Source: Bacilli bacterium (GTDB lineage Bacteria > Bacillota_I > Bacilli_A > RFN20 > CAG-826). From it: a stretch of DNA of 64,000 nt. The position numbers and the translations under genes are program-made. The stretch spans positions 7,406 to 71,405 of the forward strand of contig JAZLFJ010000003.1 of NCBI GenBank assembly GCA_045615665.1, written 5' to 3'. Below are positions 19,912-27,447 of this stretch, piece by piece. Position 1 is the stretch's first letter; the number at the start of each line of letters is the position of its first letter. The notes beneath the pieces are model-generated. The model ran no database searches, was not told where the DNA came from, and worked only from the letters and a program-made list of their open reading frames with translations.

Positions 19912-19940
19912 ATTATAAAAACTTTTAACAAGATTTGCAA
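19912..19940 (-). promoter_or_regulatory. Sigma-A-type promoter giving a leaderless transcript for the HipA-like gene
   Basis: Minus strand TTGCAA (19940-19935), 17 nt, TATAAT (19917-19912), 6 nt, ATG (19905). No SD. Confidence 0.6.
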
Positions 19941-20131
19941 TTATCTTATTGAAATCACTATAAAGAATTGTTGATATACTACGTATACTTTTTAACAAGT
20001 TTTTGATTTATCTTTGTTGTTAATGTGCTGGATAAACATAGCCGTAAGCATAATTCAAACAGGAATCATCACCTCTATCTTACAAAAAAGAAGCAAGCAC
20101 TTTAGGTGCTAAAGTGATAAACCATACGATG

Positions 20132-20173
20132 TTGACTTTTTATAAAATTAGACTACAATTGTAGTCAAGGAGG
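20132..20173 (+). promoter_or_regulatory. relBE promoter with a palindromic operator and RBS
   Basis: TTGACT (20132-20137), 16 nt, TACAAT (20154-20159). Perfect 16-bp palindrome GACTACAATTGTAGTC (20151-20166) covers the -10. AAGGAGG at 20167-20173. Confidence 0.75.
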
Positions 20174-20179
20174 CATATT

Positions 20180-20404
20180 ATGAGCGTTTTATCAGTTCGT
20201 ATGAGTAGTGAAGAATATCGTGCACTACAAAAGTTTGCTAAGGCAAACAAAGTGTCCATGAACCAAGCGATGAAAGATGCATTTTTTGAAATGCTCGAAG
20301 AGAAATATGATTTAGAAGTCTTTGATAAAGCGTATGCCGAATACCTTAAAGATCCTAAAACATACTCTCTTGATGAGGTTATTGAGATGTTAAATCTTAA
20401 ATAA
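20180..20404 (+). CDS. RHH-type (RelB/CopG-like) antitoxin
   Basis: 74 aa. N-terminal beta-strand/helix pattern MSVLSVRMSSEEYRALQKFAKANKVS. Its stop overlaps the toxin ATG. Confidence 0.75.
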   Translation: MSVLSVRMSSEEYRALQKFAKANKVSMNQAMKDAFFEMLEEKYDLEVFDKAYAEYLKDPKTYSLDEVIEMLNLK

Positions 20405-20667
20405 TGTATAAGATTCAATTTAGCAAAAATGCTATTAAAGAACTCGAAAAATTAGATAATTACACACAGCACCTCATCATTAGTTGGCTCAAAAAGAACA
20501 TAGATAATTCAGAAAATCCTAGACTGCACGGTAAAGCATTAGTCGGTAACCTTAAAGGTAAGTGGCGATATCGGATAGGGGATTATAGAATTATATGTTT
20601 GATAAAAGACGCTGAACTAATCGTACTTGCGATTTCAATTGGACACAGAAAAGATATCTATCTTTAA
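20404..20667 (+). CDS. RelE/ParE-family toxin
   Basis: 87 aa. KWRYRIGDYRIICLIKDAELIVLAISIGHRKDIY is the typical RelE/StbE C-terminal signature. Confidence 0.85.
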   Translation: MYKIQFSKNAIKELEKLDNYTQHLIISWLKKNIDNSENPRLHGKALVGNLKGKWRYRIGDYRIICLIKDAELIVLAISIGHRKDIYL

Positions 20668-20673
20668 GAGAAT

Positions 20674-20698
20674 AACCAGGGAAGATCCTGGTTTTTTC
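20674..20698 (+). terminator. Rho-independent terminator of relBE
   Basis: AACCAGG-GAAGAT-CCTGGTT followed by TTTTC. Confidence 0.75.
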
Positions 20699-20745
20699 TT
20701 ATAAAAAGGACCTCTAATGGAGGCCCTTATAAAGTAGCTTATAAT

Positions 20746-22788
20746 TTAGATCAATTTGTTTTCGCTAATCACTCGATCCTTAAGATGATCAGGAAGTTCT
20801 TCATAACCGACGAATTCACGGTTGAAGAAGCCACTGGCCTGCGTCAAGGATTTTAGTTTAGTGACATAGTCAACAATCTCAGCTTCTGGAATCAAGGCTT
20901 CAATTTCTTGAGAACCATGTTCCTTCTCTTCGATATTTTGGATTCTCGCTCTTCTGGTATTTAAATCAGAGAGAATATTTCCAGTGTAATTACTATCAGC
21001 AACTACTTTGATTCTCATGATTGGCTCTAAGATGATTGGCTTACATTTCATATAAGCGTCTTTGAAGGCCAAGATACCCGCCATCTTGAAGGCTTGCTCA
21101 TTGGAGTCCACTGGATGATATTTACCGTCTACAAGGACAGCTTTAACACCGATAACTGGGAAACCTGCAAGTAAACCAGATTGAAGAGCTTCAAAGAAAC
21201 CTTTTTCAACCGCTGGGAAGTAGTTCTTAGGAACTGCTCCACCGAAGACTTCTTCAGTAAAGACATTTTCTTCAGCGGGTTCAAATCTCATCTTGACGAC
21301 ACCATAGAAACCTGAACCACCAGATTGTTTGATGTAGCGACCATCACCTTCCGCGACACCTTTAATTGATTCGCGGTAGATGATTTTCATCTTTTCAGTG
21401 GTTAGATTAATCTTATAAACATTTTTAAGTTTCTCTAAAACATATTGAATATGAGATTCACTTAAACCTCCTAAAAGGAGTTGCTTAGTTTCGTTGTTGC
21501 GTTTAACTTCTAAAGAGGGATCTTCGAGTTGAAGTTTATTTAAGGCTGGACCAAGTTTATTTTCATCGTTCTTATTTTCTAAGACGATAGCTTTAAAAAT
21601 AACCGCGGTTGGATATTTGACTGGTTTAAAGATAGTGATTGATTTTGGACTAGATAAAGTATCGCCAGATTTAATCTTTTCAAGTCTAGTCACCGCGGCG
21701 ATATCGCCAGCGATAACTTCATTGACCGCTTTTAAGTTTTTACCACACATCTCATATAACATTGATACTTTTTGAGTTTCACCGTTTACATAGACTTCGT
21801 CTCCAACATGGAGGACTCCAGAGCAAACTTTAATGATATTGATCGCTCCAGTATATGGATCAACGATTGTCTTAAAGACGTAGGCTGAGAATGGTTCATC
21901 TACACTAGTAGGAACAACTTTTTCCTTGCCAGCTTCATCTAAAGCTGCAAGTGGTTTTAAATCATTTGGATTTGGAAGATATGAGATGAACATTTTTAAC
22001 AATGTGTGAATACCGATGTTCTTCGTCGCACTGCCAACGATAAGTGGAGTGAGTTCACCTTTTAAAACACCTTCACGAAGCGATTCATGAATTTCCTTAG
22101 TGGTGAATTCTTCACCATTAAAGAATTTTTCTAATAATTCATCATTTGTTTTAGCGACTTCTTCAACAATCGTGTTATGAAGTTCAAGAATCTTTGCGCG
22201 TTTATCAGGATAGATTTCCGCTTCGACGCATTCTTTACCATTATAGATATGAGCTTTTAAATCGACAGCGTTAGCGAAGCCATCAAATTTATCATCGTGA
22301 CCAAGTGGATAACAGAAAGAGATAACTTCTTTACCGAGCTTTTCTCTAATTTCTTCTAAGACGGATTCAAAATGGACATCTTCTTTATCCATCTTATTAA
22401 CGAAGATGAAGGTTGGAACACCTTTCTTTCTAAGTAAGTTATAGTGCTTTATCGTACCGACTTGCACTCCAACGGAGGCATCGATAACTAGGACTGCACC
22501 TTTAATTGTGCCAATAACTCCGATAGCCTCGGAAATAAAATCATCATTTCCAGGGATATCTAAAAGATTGATTTTGTGATCTTCGTAACGAAGAGGAACG
22601 ACTGAAGTTTGGATTGATGAACCTCTTTTTTGTTCATCGCTTGAATAATCGGAAATAGTGTTTTTCTTTTCGACTTCGCCTTTAGTGGGAATGAGTTTAG
22701 AGGTGAAGGCTAAAGATTCCACAAGAGTGGTTTTACCGCTTCCTTGGTGACCCAAAATAGCGACGTTTCGAATATTTTCAACGTTCAT
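20746..22788 (-). CDS. Elongation factor G paralogue (EF-G2-like translational GTPase)
   Basis: 680 aa with G1 GHQGSGKTT, DIPGNDDF and NKMD motifs and EF-G domain III-V-like C-terminal regions. The G1 is atypical compared with canonical AHIDAGKTT. Confidence 0.85.
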   Translation of the reverse strand: MNVENIRNVAILGHQGSGKTTLVESLAFTSKLIPTKGEVEKKNTISDYSSDEQKRGSSIQTSVVPLRYEDHKINLLDIPGNDDFISEAIGVIGTIKGAVLVIDASVGVQVGTIKHYNLLRKKGVPTFIFVNKMDKEDVHFESVLEEIREKLGKEVISFCYPLGHDDKFDGFANAVDLKAHIYNGKECVEAEIYPDKRAKILELHNTIVEEVAKTNDELLEKFFNGEEFTTKEIHESLREGVLKGELTPLIVGSATKNIGIHTLLKMFISYLPNPNDLKPLAALDEAGKEKVVPTSVDEPFSAYVFKTIVDPYTGAINIIKVCSGVLHVGDEVYVNGETQKVSMLYEMCGKNLKAVNEVIAGDIAAVTRLEKIKSGDTLSSPKSITIFKPVKYPTAVIFKAIVLENKNDENKLGPALNKLQLEDPSLEVKRNNETKQLLLGGLSESHIQYVLEKLKNVYKINLTTEKMKIIYRESIKGVAEGDGRYIKQSGGSGFYGVVKMRFEPAEENVFTEEVFGGAVPKNYFPAVEKGFFEALQSGLLAGFPVIGVKAVLVDGKYHPVDSNEQAFKMAGILAFKDAYMKCKPIILEPIMRIKVVADSNYTGNILSDLNTRRARIQNIEEKEHGSQEIEALIPEAEIVDYVTKLKSLTQASGFFNREFVGYEELPDHLKDRVISENKLI

Positions 22789-22805
22789 AGTTTTTACCTA
22801 AGAGA

Positions 22806-23063
22806 TTAAAAGTCGACAACTTTGTTGCCTTCTTTTTTGTAAACATCAATATAGAATTTTCCAGTGGTTGGATTTGAAGAAACTTCGTAAATTCTACCTT
22901 CGGTATTTCTTGCGACGACAAACATACCTTTGATGTAGCCCATCACATAAGTTAAAAAGACAACCTCGATCTCTTCGTGAGTTACCTCTCGACCGTAGTT
23001 GTCTTTTTCAAGTTTAACGATTTCGTCTTTAGCGCGTGTTCTGAACGCATTCGTGTTTTTCAT
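22806..23063 (-). CDS. Small protein of unknown function, upstream of and co-oriented with the EF-G paralogue
   Basis: Start set at MKNTNAF (23063), with GAGGAAG upstream. 85 aa, no motif recognised. Confidence 0.5.
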   Translation of the reverse strand: MKNTNAFRTRAKDEIVKLEKDNYGREVTHEEIEVVFLTYVMGYIKGMFVVARNTEGRIYEVSSNPTTGKFYIDVYKKEGNKVVDF

Positions 23064-23208
23064 AAAACTTCCTCTCAATATTAATGACGAAAGATTAGGC
23101 AATATATTACTCGTAATCTCTCTTTAATTTTATTTTACATTTCTTAGAGGATAATTACCTTAATAAGTTGAAGTTTTTTTATATAGAAGCACATTTCAAA
23201 TGCTTTTA

Positions 23209-23292
23209 GGCTTCAATTTTGTGATGAACACCCATATTTTTGCCTTTAATTTTGTGATGAAATAGTGTTTTACAGCCTTTAAAAATGTGATA
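23209..23292. repeat. Three direct repeats GCCTTyAAtTTTGTGATGAA with an exact 33-bp period
   Basis: Copies at 23209-23228, 23242-23261 and 23275-23292 (the third is degenerate: GCCTTTAAAAATGTGATA). They lie between an upstream terminator and the small-protein/EF-G operon. Confidence 0.8.
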
Positions 23293-23313
23293 CATTACAC
23301 TTTTAAAAAGAAA

Positions 23314-23330
23314 AGACCACAAAGTGGTCT
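23314..23330 (-). terminator. Rho-independent terminator of the 325-aa membrane-protein gene
   Basis: AGACCAC-AAA-GTGGTCT. On the minus strand it is followed by TTTCTTTTT. Confidence 0.75.
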
Positions 23331-23350
23331 CTTCATCATATTAACAATAA

Positions 23351-24328
23351 TTATTGTCCTTGAGCTTTAGCTTGAAGTTTAGCGAACTTCGGAGATTTGC
23401 TCGCAAGTTCACCAAATTCTGCTTCAGTTGGAATGTGAGCTTTTCCAGCTTCCATATAATTACGCATAACACCGACGAGGATGAATGGTCTAATTAATAC
23501 GGAGTGGATGATGGACCATAAAACAATGCCTAGGATTACACAAGCAATAACAGTTAGCAAAGTTGGATCAGCAATAAATGATGGAGCATTTTCACCCATT
23601 CTATTAAAAATTTCAACGATTTCATTTCCTAAAGTAACAAACATATTTGGGAAATTTAAAAAGATCGCTACCAAGATTCCAAAGAATCCTCCACCGACAA
23701 GAACGAGCGATAAGAAACCCATGCCGAAGATACGGCCGACATTCTTAATCAAAGTTTTGCCGTGTCTAAAGAAAATGACAGCACCTTCGCATCCTGCTCT
23801 AAATGGATTGATATCTTTTCGATACATGATCCAGCCTAAACAACAATCGCAGAGATATCCAATGAGGATTTCAACTGCAGCGTTAACCGCGGATGTGACG
23901 CTATTACCAACATCGCCGCCGACAGCAGTTCCGATACGATTAATCGTACGGCTAACTTGACGGAAGATTCCTTTAATCGCACGATCAATCACAAAGAAAG
24001 CAGCAACTCGACCAAATCTACCTTTGGTTTCAGCAAAGCCTGCTTTAAAGGTATGTTCTGGAAGTTCTCCATCAGCGACACCTTTAGCGATCATTGATAT
24101 TTGAGCAGCTTTGAAGCGGTTAGTGACAAACATACCGATTAGAGATGCAAGGATGATGCCAATAACTAAACCAAGGAATAATCCTAAAATTGCCATATCT
24201 GAGGCTTGATTGACAATGAAAAATCCTGCAGTTGCAGATCCAACGACCACTAACAAAGTTAGTATATCAACCACAAAGATGAGAAATGAGAATGAAAGTG
24301 TCTTCTTATAAACTTTAAAATTTGTCAT
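23351..24328 (-). CDS. Multi-pass membrane protein, unknown function
   Basis: Start set at MTNFKVYKK (24328), with AAAGGA upstream. Several TM helices. Confidence 0.55.
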   Translation of the reverse strand: MTNFKVYKKTLSFSFLIFVVDILTLLVVVGSATAGFFIVNQASDMAILGLFLGLVIGIILASLIGMFVTNRFKAAQISMIAKGVADGELPEHTFKAGFAETKGRFGRVAAFFVIDRAIKGIFRQVSRTINRIGTAVGGDVGNSVTSAVNAAVEILIGYLCDCCLGWIMYRKDINPFRAGCEGAVIFFRHGKTLIKNVGRIFGMGFLSLVLVGGGFFGILVAIFLNFPNMFVTLGNEIVEIFNRMGENAPSFIADPTLLTVIACVILGIVLWSIIHSVLIRPFILVGVMRNYMEAGKAHIPTEAEFGELASKSPKFAKLQAKAQGQ

Positions 24329-24425
24329 ATTGTCTTTCCTTTCATAAATGAACAATTAGTAATATAACATTATCAATAACGTTTGACAAAATAGAGAAAT
24401 TATTTTTCGTCCAAATATACGATTT

Positions 24426-25520
24426 TTAATTTTTCTTTAGTATCAAGTGACATTCTTCAATAATGCTTTTAGCCTCGGCTAAATCAATTTTATTATTGGT
24501 AGCAACCTTAAGCATATCTTCATCAGTAATGTCTTTTCCTTTTCCGTTCACAGATGTTGTGTGTTCGCCAAAATATGTTTTCCCAGGAGTTATATCGTAT
24601 GCTGGTGCTAAACAATATGCCTTTTTTGAATCATCGTAGATGAATGAAAAGTTTTTCGCATGGTCATCTTGGTTATCAATTAAAATATTGAAAACCATTC
24701 TTCTATACATCTCGATAACATCATCTTCCTTTTTAGTTAAAACCCTTGTAAGTTTAATTAGTTCGTTATAATCAAGAGATGGTGCTTTAAAATCGCATTC
24801 TAAAAGGGCGGCAACACTTATCATGTGTATTCTTTTTCCTTGTAAACGGTCGAATCTTTTGATTAAGAAATATTTTTTTCCTTTTTTAGAAGTTGCTAAT
24901 TTGATGTCTGGTATATTGATTCCAAACTCTTTCGCCAAAGACATATACTTATATTCGAGTTCAGCAATGTTTTTAGGATCAAATTTTGAGGAAAATTTAA
25001 CAATCCAATCTTCTCCTTCATATTTGATAAGTGATTTAGGTCTAGCGCCACCACTAGAGCCACCTAAAGCATACAATGTGCCAATATCTTTAACTTCTTT
25101 GGAATCAAGAAGATCGTTGCATTCTTTTTGAATTAAATCAAAATCGATATTTTCATTATTGGGTTCTTCACTCATATCGGGTACATATTCTAATAAACCC
25201 ATTCCAGAAGAACCCACATAGGAAAGCCTATCTAAACATGAAAGTGAATTGATATCGATTCCTTTTTTTCTTAAAAATCTATTTAACAATAACTCACCAT
25301 AACTATCTGGAAGAGAATCAGCGAATACACCGAATAAACCCTTAAAATAAGGGGAGGTGGAAATATACAATCTGTTTGATAACGGAAGCTTGAAAGGATT
25401 GATTGAAAATCCATCCTTAAGCCATTCATCGCTATATTGAAAGACCACTTGATTTAGTTTGGTCAAAGCAAGCGTTCCGACTTTCTTTTTGTTAGCGAAT
25501 ACATCAATTCTTCTGATCAT
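24426..25520 (-). CDS. hipA: HipA-family toxin kinase
   Basis: N-terminal HipA coupling-domain pattern (IDVFANKKKVGTLAL), GGSSGGARPK P-loop-like motif, DNQDDHAKNFSF and LAPAYDITP. Confidence 0.9.
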   Translation of the reverse strand: MIRRIDVFANKKKVGTLALTKLNQVVFQYSDEWLKDGFSINPFKLPLSNRLYISTSPYFKGLFGVFADSLPDSYGELLLNRFLRKKGIDINSLSCLDRLSYVGSSGMGLLEYVPDMSEEPNNENIDFDLIQKECNDLLDSKEVKDIGTLYALGGSSGGARPKSLIKYEGEDWIVKFSSKFDPKNIAELEYKYMSLAKEFGINIPDIKLATSKKGKKYFLIKRFDRLQGKRIHMISVAALLECDFKAPSLDYNELIKLTRVLTKKEDDVIEMYRRMVFNILIDNQDDHAKNFSFIYDDSKKAYCLAPAYDITPGKTYFGEHTTSVNGKGKDITDEDMLKVATNNKIDLAEAKSIIEECHLILKKN

Positions 25521-25794
25521 TGATTACATCCTCGATTGATCTATATTCATTTTGAGTTTTGAAAAGATTATCTAAATCATCATAGAGTTGTAACGATAGA
25601 CAAAGCTTCACTAAAGAGGCTAAAGAGATATCGCCCGTTTTTTCAAATCTACGAATTGATGCATAACTAACGTCAGATAACTCTGAGAGTCTTCGCTGTG
25701 ATATTTTTCTAATCTTTCTAATAGATGTAAAACGCCTAGCAATCTCTAATTGCTTTTCATAATATGTTACAAATTGTAATGCTTTCTCTTCCAT
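25504..25794 (-). CDS. XRE-type HTH antitoxin (HipB-like)
   Basis: 96 aa, HTH ISQRRLSELSDVSYASIRRFEKTG. Overlaps hipA by 17 nt. Confidence 0.8.
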   Translation of the reverse strand: MEEKALQFVTYYEKQLEIARRFTSIRKIRKISQRRLSELSDVSYASIRRFEKTGDISLASLVKLCLSLQLYDDLDNLFKTQNEYRSIEDVINDQKN

Positions 25795-25795
25795 A

Positions 25796-25850
25796 TGCTA
25801 ATATATTAACACTTTTACCCATTTTTTCAAGGTTTTTTGCTAATATATTA
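25796..25850. promoter_or_regulatory. hipBA control region with two copies of TGC-TAATATATTA
   Basis: 13-bp direct repeat at 25796-25808 and 25838-25850. Each contains the 10-bp palindrome TAATATATTA. Confidence 0.6.
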
Positions 25851-26321
25851 TCAATAAATCTTTATACCATCCCTTAAGACATTTTCTAAAAATTGTTCGT
25901 TATCCACTAATTGTCTATGGGTAAGTAAATCTATGTGTTTGTGGAGATGTTCTTCTAAATCGTTAGCGATTCCATAAAACTTCATTCCCATAGGAGGACA
26001 GACGATTAAAAGATCAATATCACTTTTGCCAGTTGCTTCTCCGCGAGCATAGCTACCAAATAGGTATACACTTTGAACTTCTGGATACTTTTTAAGAAGA
26101 ATGATGTTACAAACACGTTTAATATGTTTTGGACTAGAAACATAGTTTGCATTATCAAAAAATTCTAATTCACTAAGCTTTTGATAAAGTTCATCATAAA
26201 CAGAATTTTTAATTCCGCTTTCCTCATATGTTTGGTAAGTTCTTCGTGACACTCCACATGAAAGAGCAGCTTGAACTTGAGTCAAACCTAATTCTTTGCG
26301 TTTTTCTCTTAACTGATTCAT
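25851..26321 (-). CDS. Fusion of an XRE-type HTH and a minimal nucleotidyltransferase (MNT) domain
   Basis: N-terminus LGLTQVQAALSCGVSRRTYQTYE. C-terminus LFGSYARGEATGKSDIDLLIV (the GS...DxD Pol-beta NTase motif). Confidence 0.8.
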   Translation of the reverse strand: MNQLREKRKELGLTQVQAALSCGVSRRTYQTYEESGIKNSVYDELYQKLSELEFFDNANYVSSPKHIKRVCNIILLKKYPEVQSVYLFGSYARGEATGKSDIDLLIVCPPMGMKFYGIANDLEEHLHKHIDLLTHRQLVDNEQFLENVLRDGIKIY

Positions 26322-26327
26322 GCCTAT

Positions 26328-26356
26328 ATTATAATTGCGCTTTTTATTTTGCGCAA
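26328..26356 (-). promoter_or_regulatory. Leaderless-type promoter of the HTH-MNT gene with an embedded inverted repeat
   Basis: Minus strand TTGCGC (26356-26351), 17 nt, TATAAT (26333-26328), 6 nt, ATG (26321). TTGCGC/GCGCAA inverted repeat at 26335-26340 and 26351-26356. Confidence 0.55.
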
Positions 26357-26422
26357 CACATAATAAAGAAGAATCTTTATTCTAAAAGTTGTTATTGTAC
26401 TTCGTAATATGCTCTAGCGTGA

Positions 26423-26659
26423 TTAATTCTTTTCTTCAAATTGGCTTAGATAGTTTTCAAGTTCTTCAAGTGAATTGAAATCGATGCCTCTTAACGCCAT
26501 AACTTAAGGAATGCTGTTCTTACAATCAACAGCAACCTTTTCCGGGATAAATTCTCTATCCCAAACAAAGCCATAAACTTTATTGTTTTTTAAATCTTTT
26601 CCAAGCTCATGAATTTTATTGATTAGTTGTTCGCTTGTTTATTTGCTATAATCACTCAT
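26423..26659 (-). pseudogene. Fourth gene of the sigma4/HhH cassette, interrupted by two in-frame TAA codons
   Basis: ATG at 26659 overlaps the upstream stop (ATGAGTGA). Reads MSDYSK*TSEQLINKIHELGKDLKNNKVYGFVWDREFIPEKVAVDCKNSIP*VMALRGIDFNSLEELENYLSQFEEKN*. The TAA codons are at 26639-26641 and 26504-26506. Confidence 0.6.
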
Positions 26660-27447
26660 TTTCCACTTGCCCTTTATTCATAAGCTTTTCAATATATTTT
26701 AGAAGTAATGTGTAACCATTTCTGAAATAGATATCGTCTTCTTTTGTTTTACAATATTCTACAGCAGGCAACAGCTTTAAGTGGTTACTTCCACCAATTA
26801 ACAAAGAAATAATATCGTTAATTGTTGATGTCATTAATGTTTCGCTAATAGCTAGTGTTGATGCAAGTACATCTAGTGGCCACACTTTATTATTAAATAA
26901 TCCGTATGCTAATGATAACACTCTTAAATCAGCTGTATTCAAGTTAGTCGACAGCCTTTCCATAGCAAATTTAAGATAATCATCAAAATAATTGTCAGAC
27001 AATTCAACACAATCGTAACCGGCCAAATAATAAATAATCGTATTCCTATCAAAGATAGACAAGTTCGATAAAATATAATTTAGTTCGGTACTGTCAAGTT
27101 TTCTTAAGTCGTCAGCAAGAACTAAGTTTTTATTGTGAAAAAATTCAACACCTTCATCTGAAACACCCATATATTTGATGGAAGGTTGCAAATTTGAAAA
27201 GTCAATATTCCCAAATGGATAATTAACACCATAAGATCTAATTAAATCTCTGATTTCTCTAAATGACTTTCTACCAAGATTTGGTATTTTTAAGGCTTGT
27301 GAAAGTATCTATTAAGCGAACGCTTCCTAATCTAGACACATATTTAATAGCATAGTCAATTTCAGCTCCACTCAATTTAACACCTGTCTCATCTTCTAAT
27401 CCGACATGATCTCCATATGTCGTATCAAAATTCCAATACTCACTCAT
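26652..27447 (-). pseudogene. HhH (RNAP alpha-CTD-like) plus degenerate sigma70-region-4-like protein, split by a frameshift
   Basis: ATG at 27447 forms an ATGA overlap with the 627-aa gene stop. Frame 1 ends at TAG 27271-27273. Frame +1 reads ...LKIPNLGRKSFREIRDLI... into the 179-aa ORF (26652-27191). An A5 run at 27287-27291 lies in the frame-overlap window. C-terminus: LNTADLRVLSLAYGL...LASTLAISETLMTSTINDII. Confidence 0.65.
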
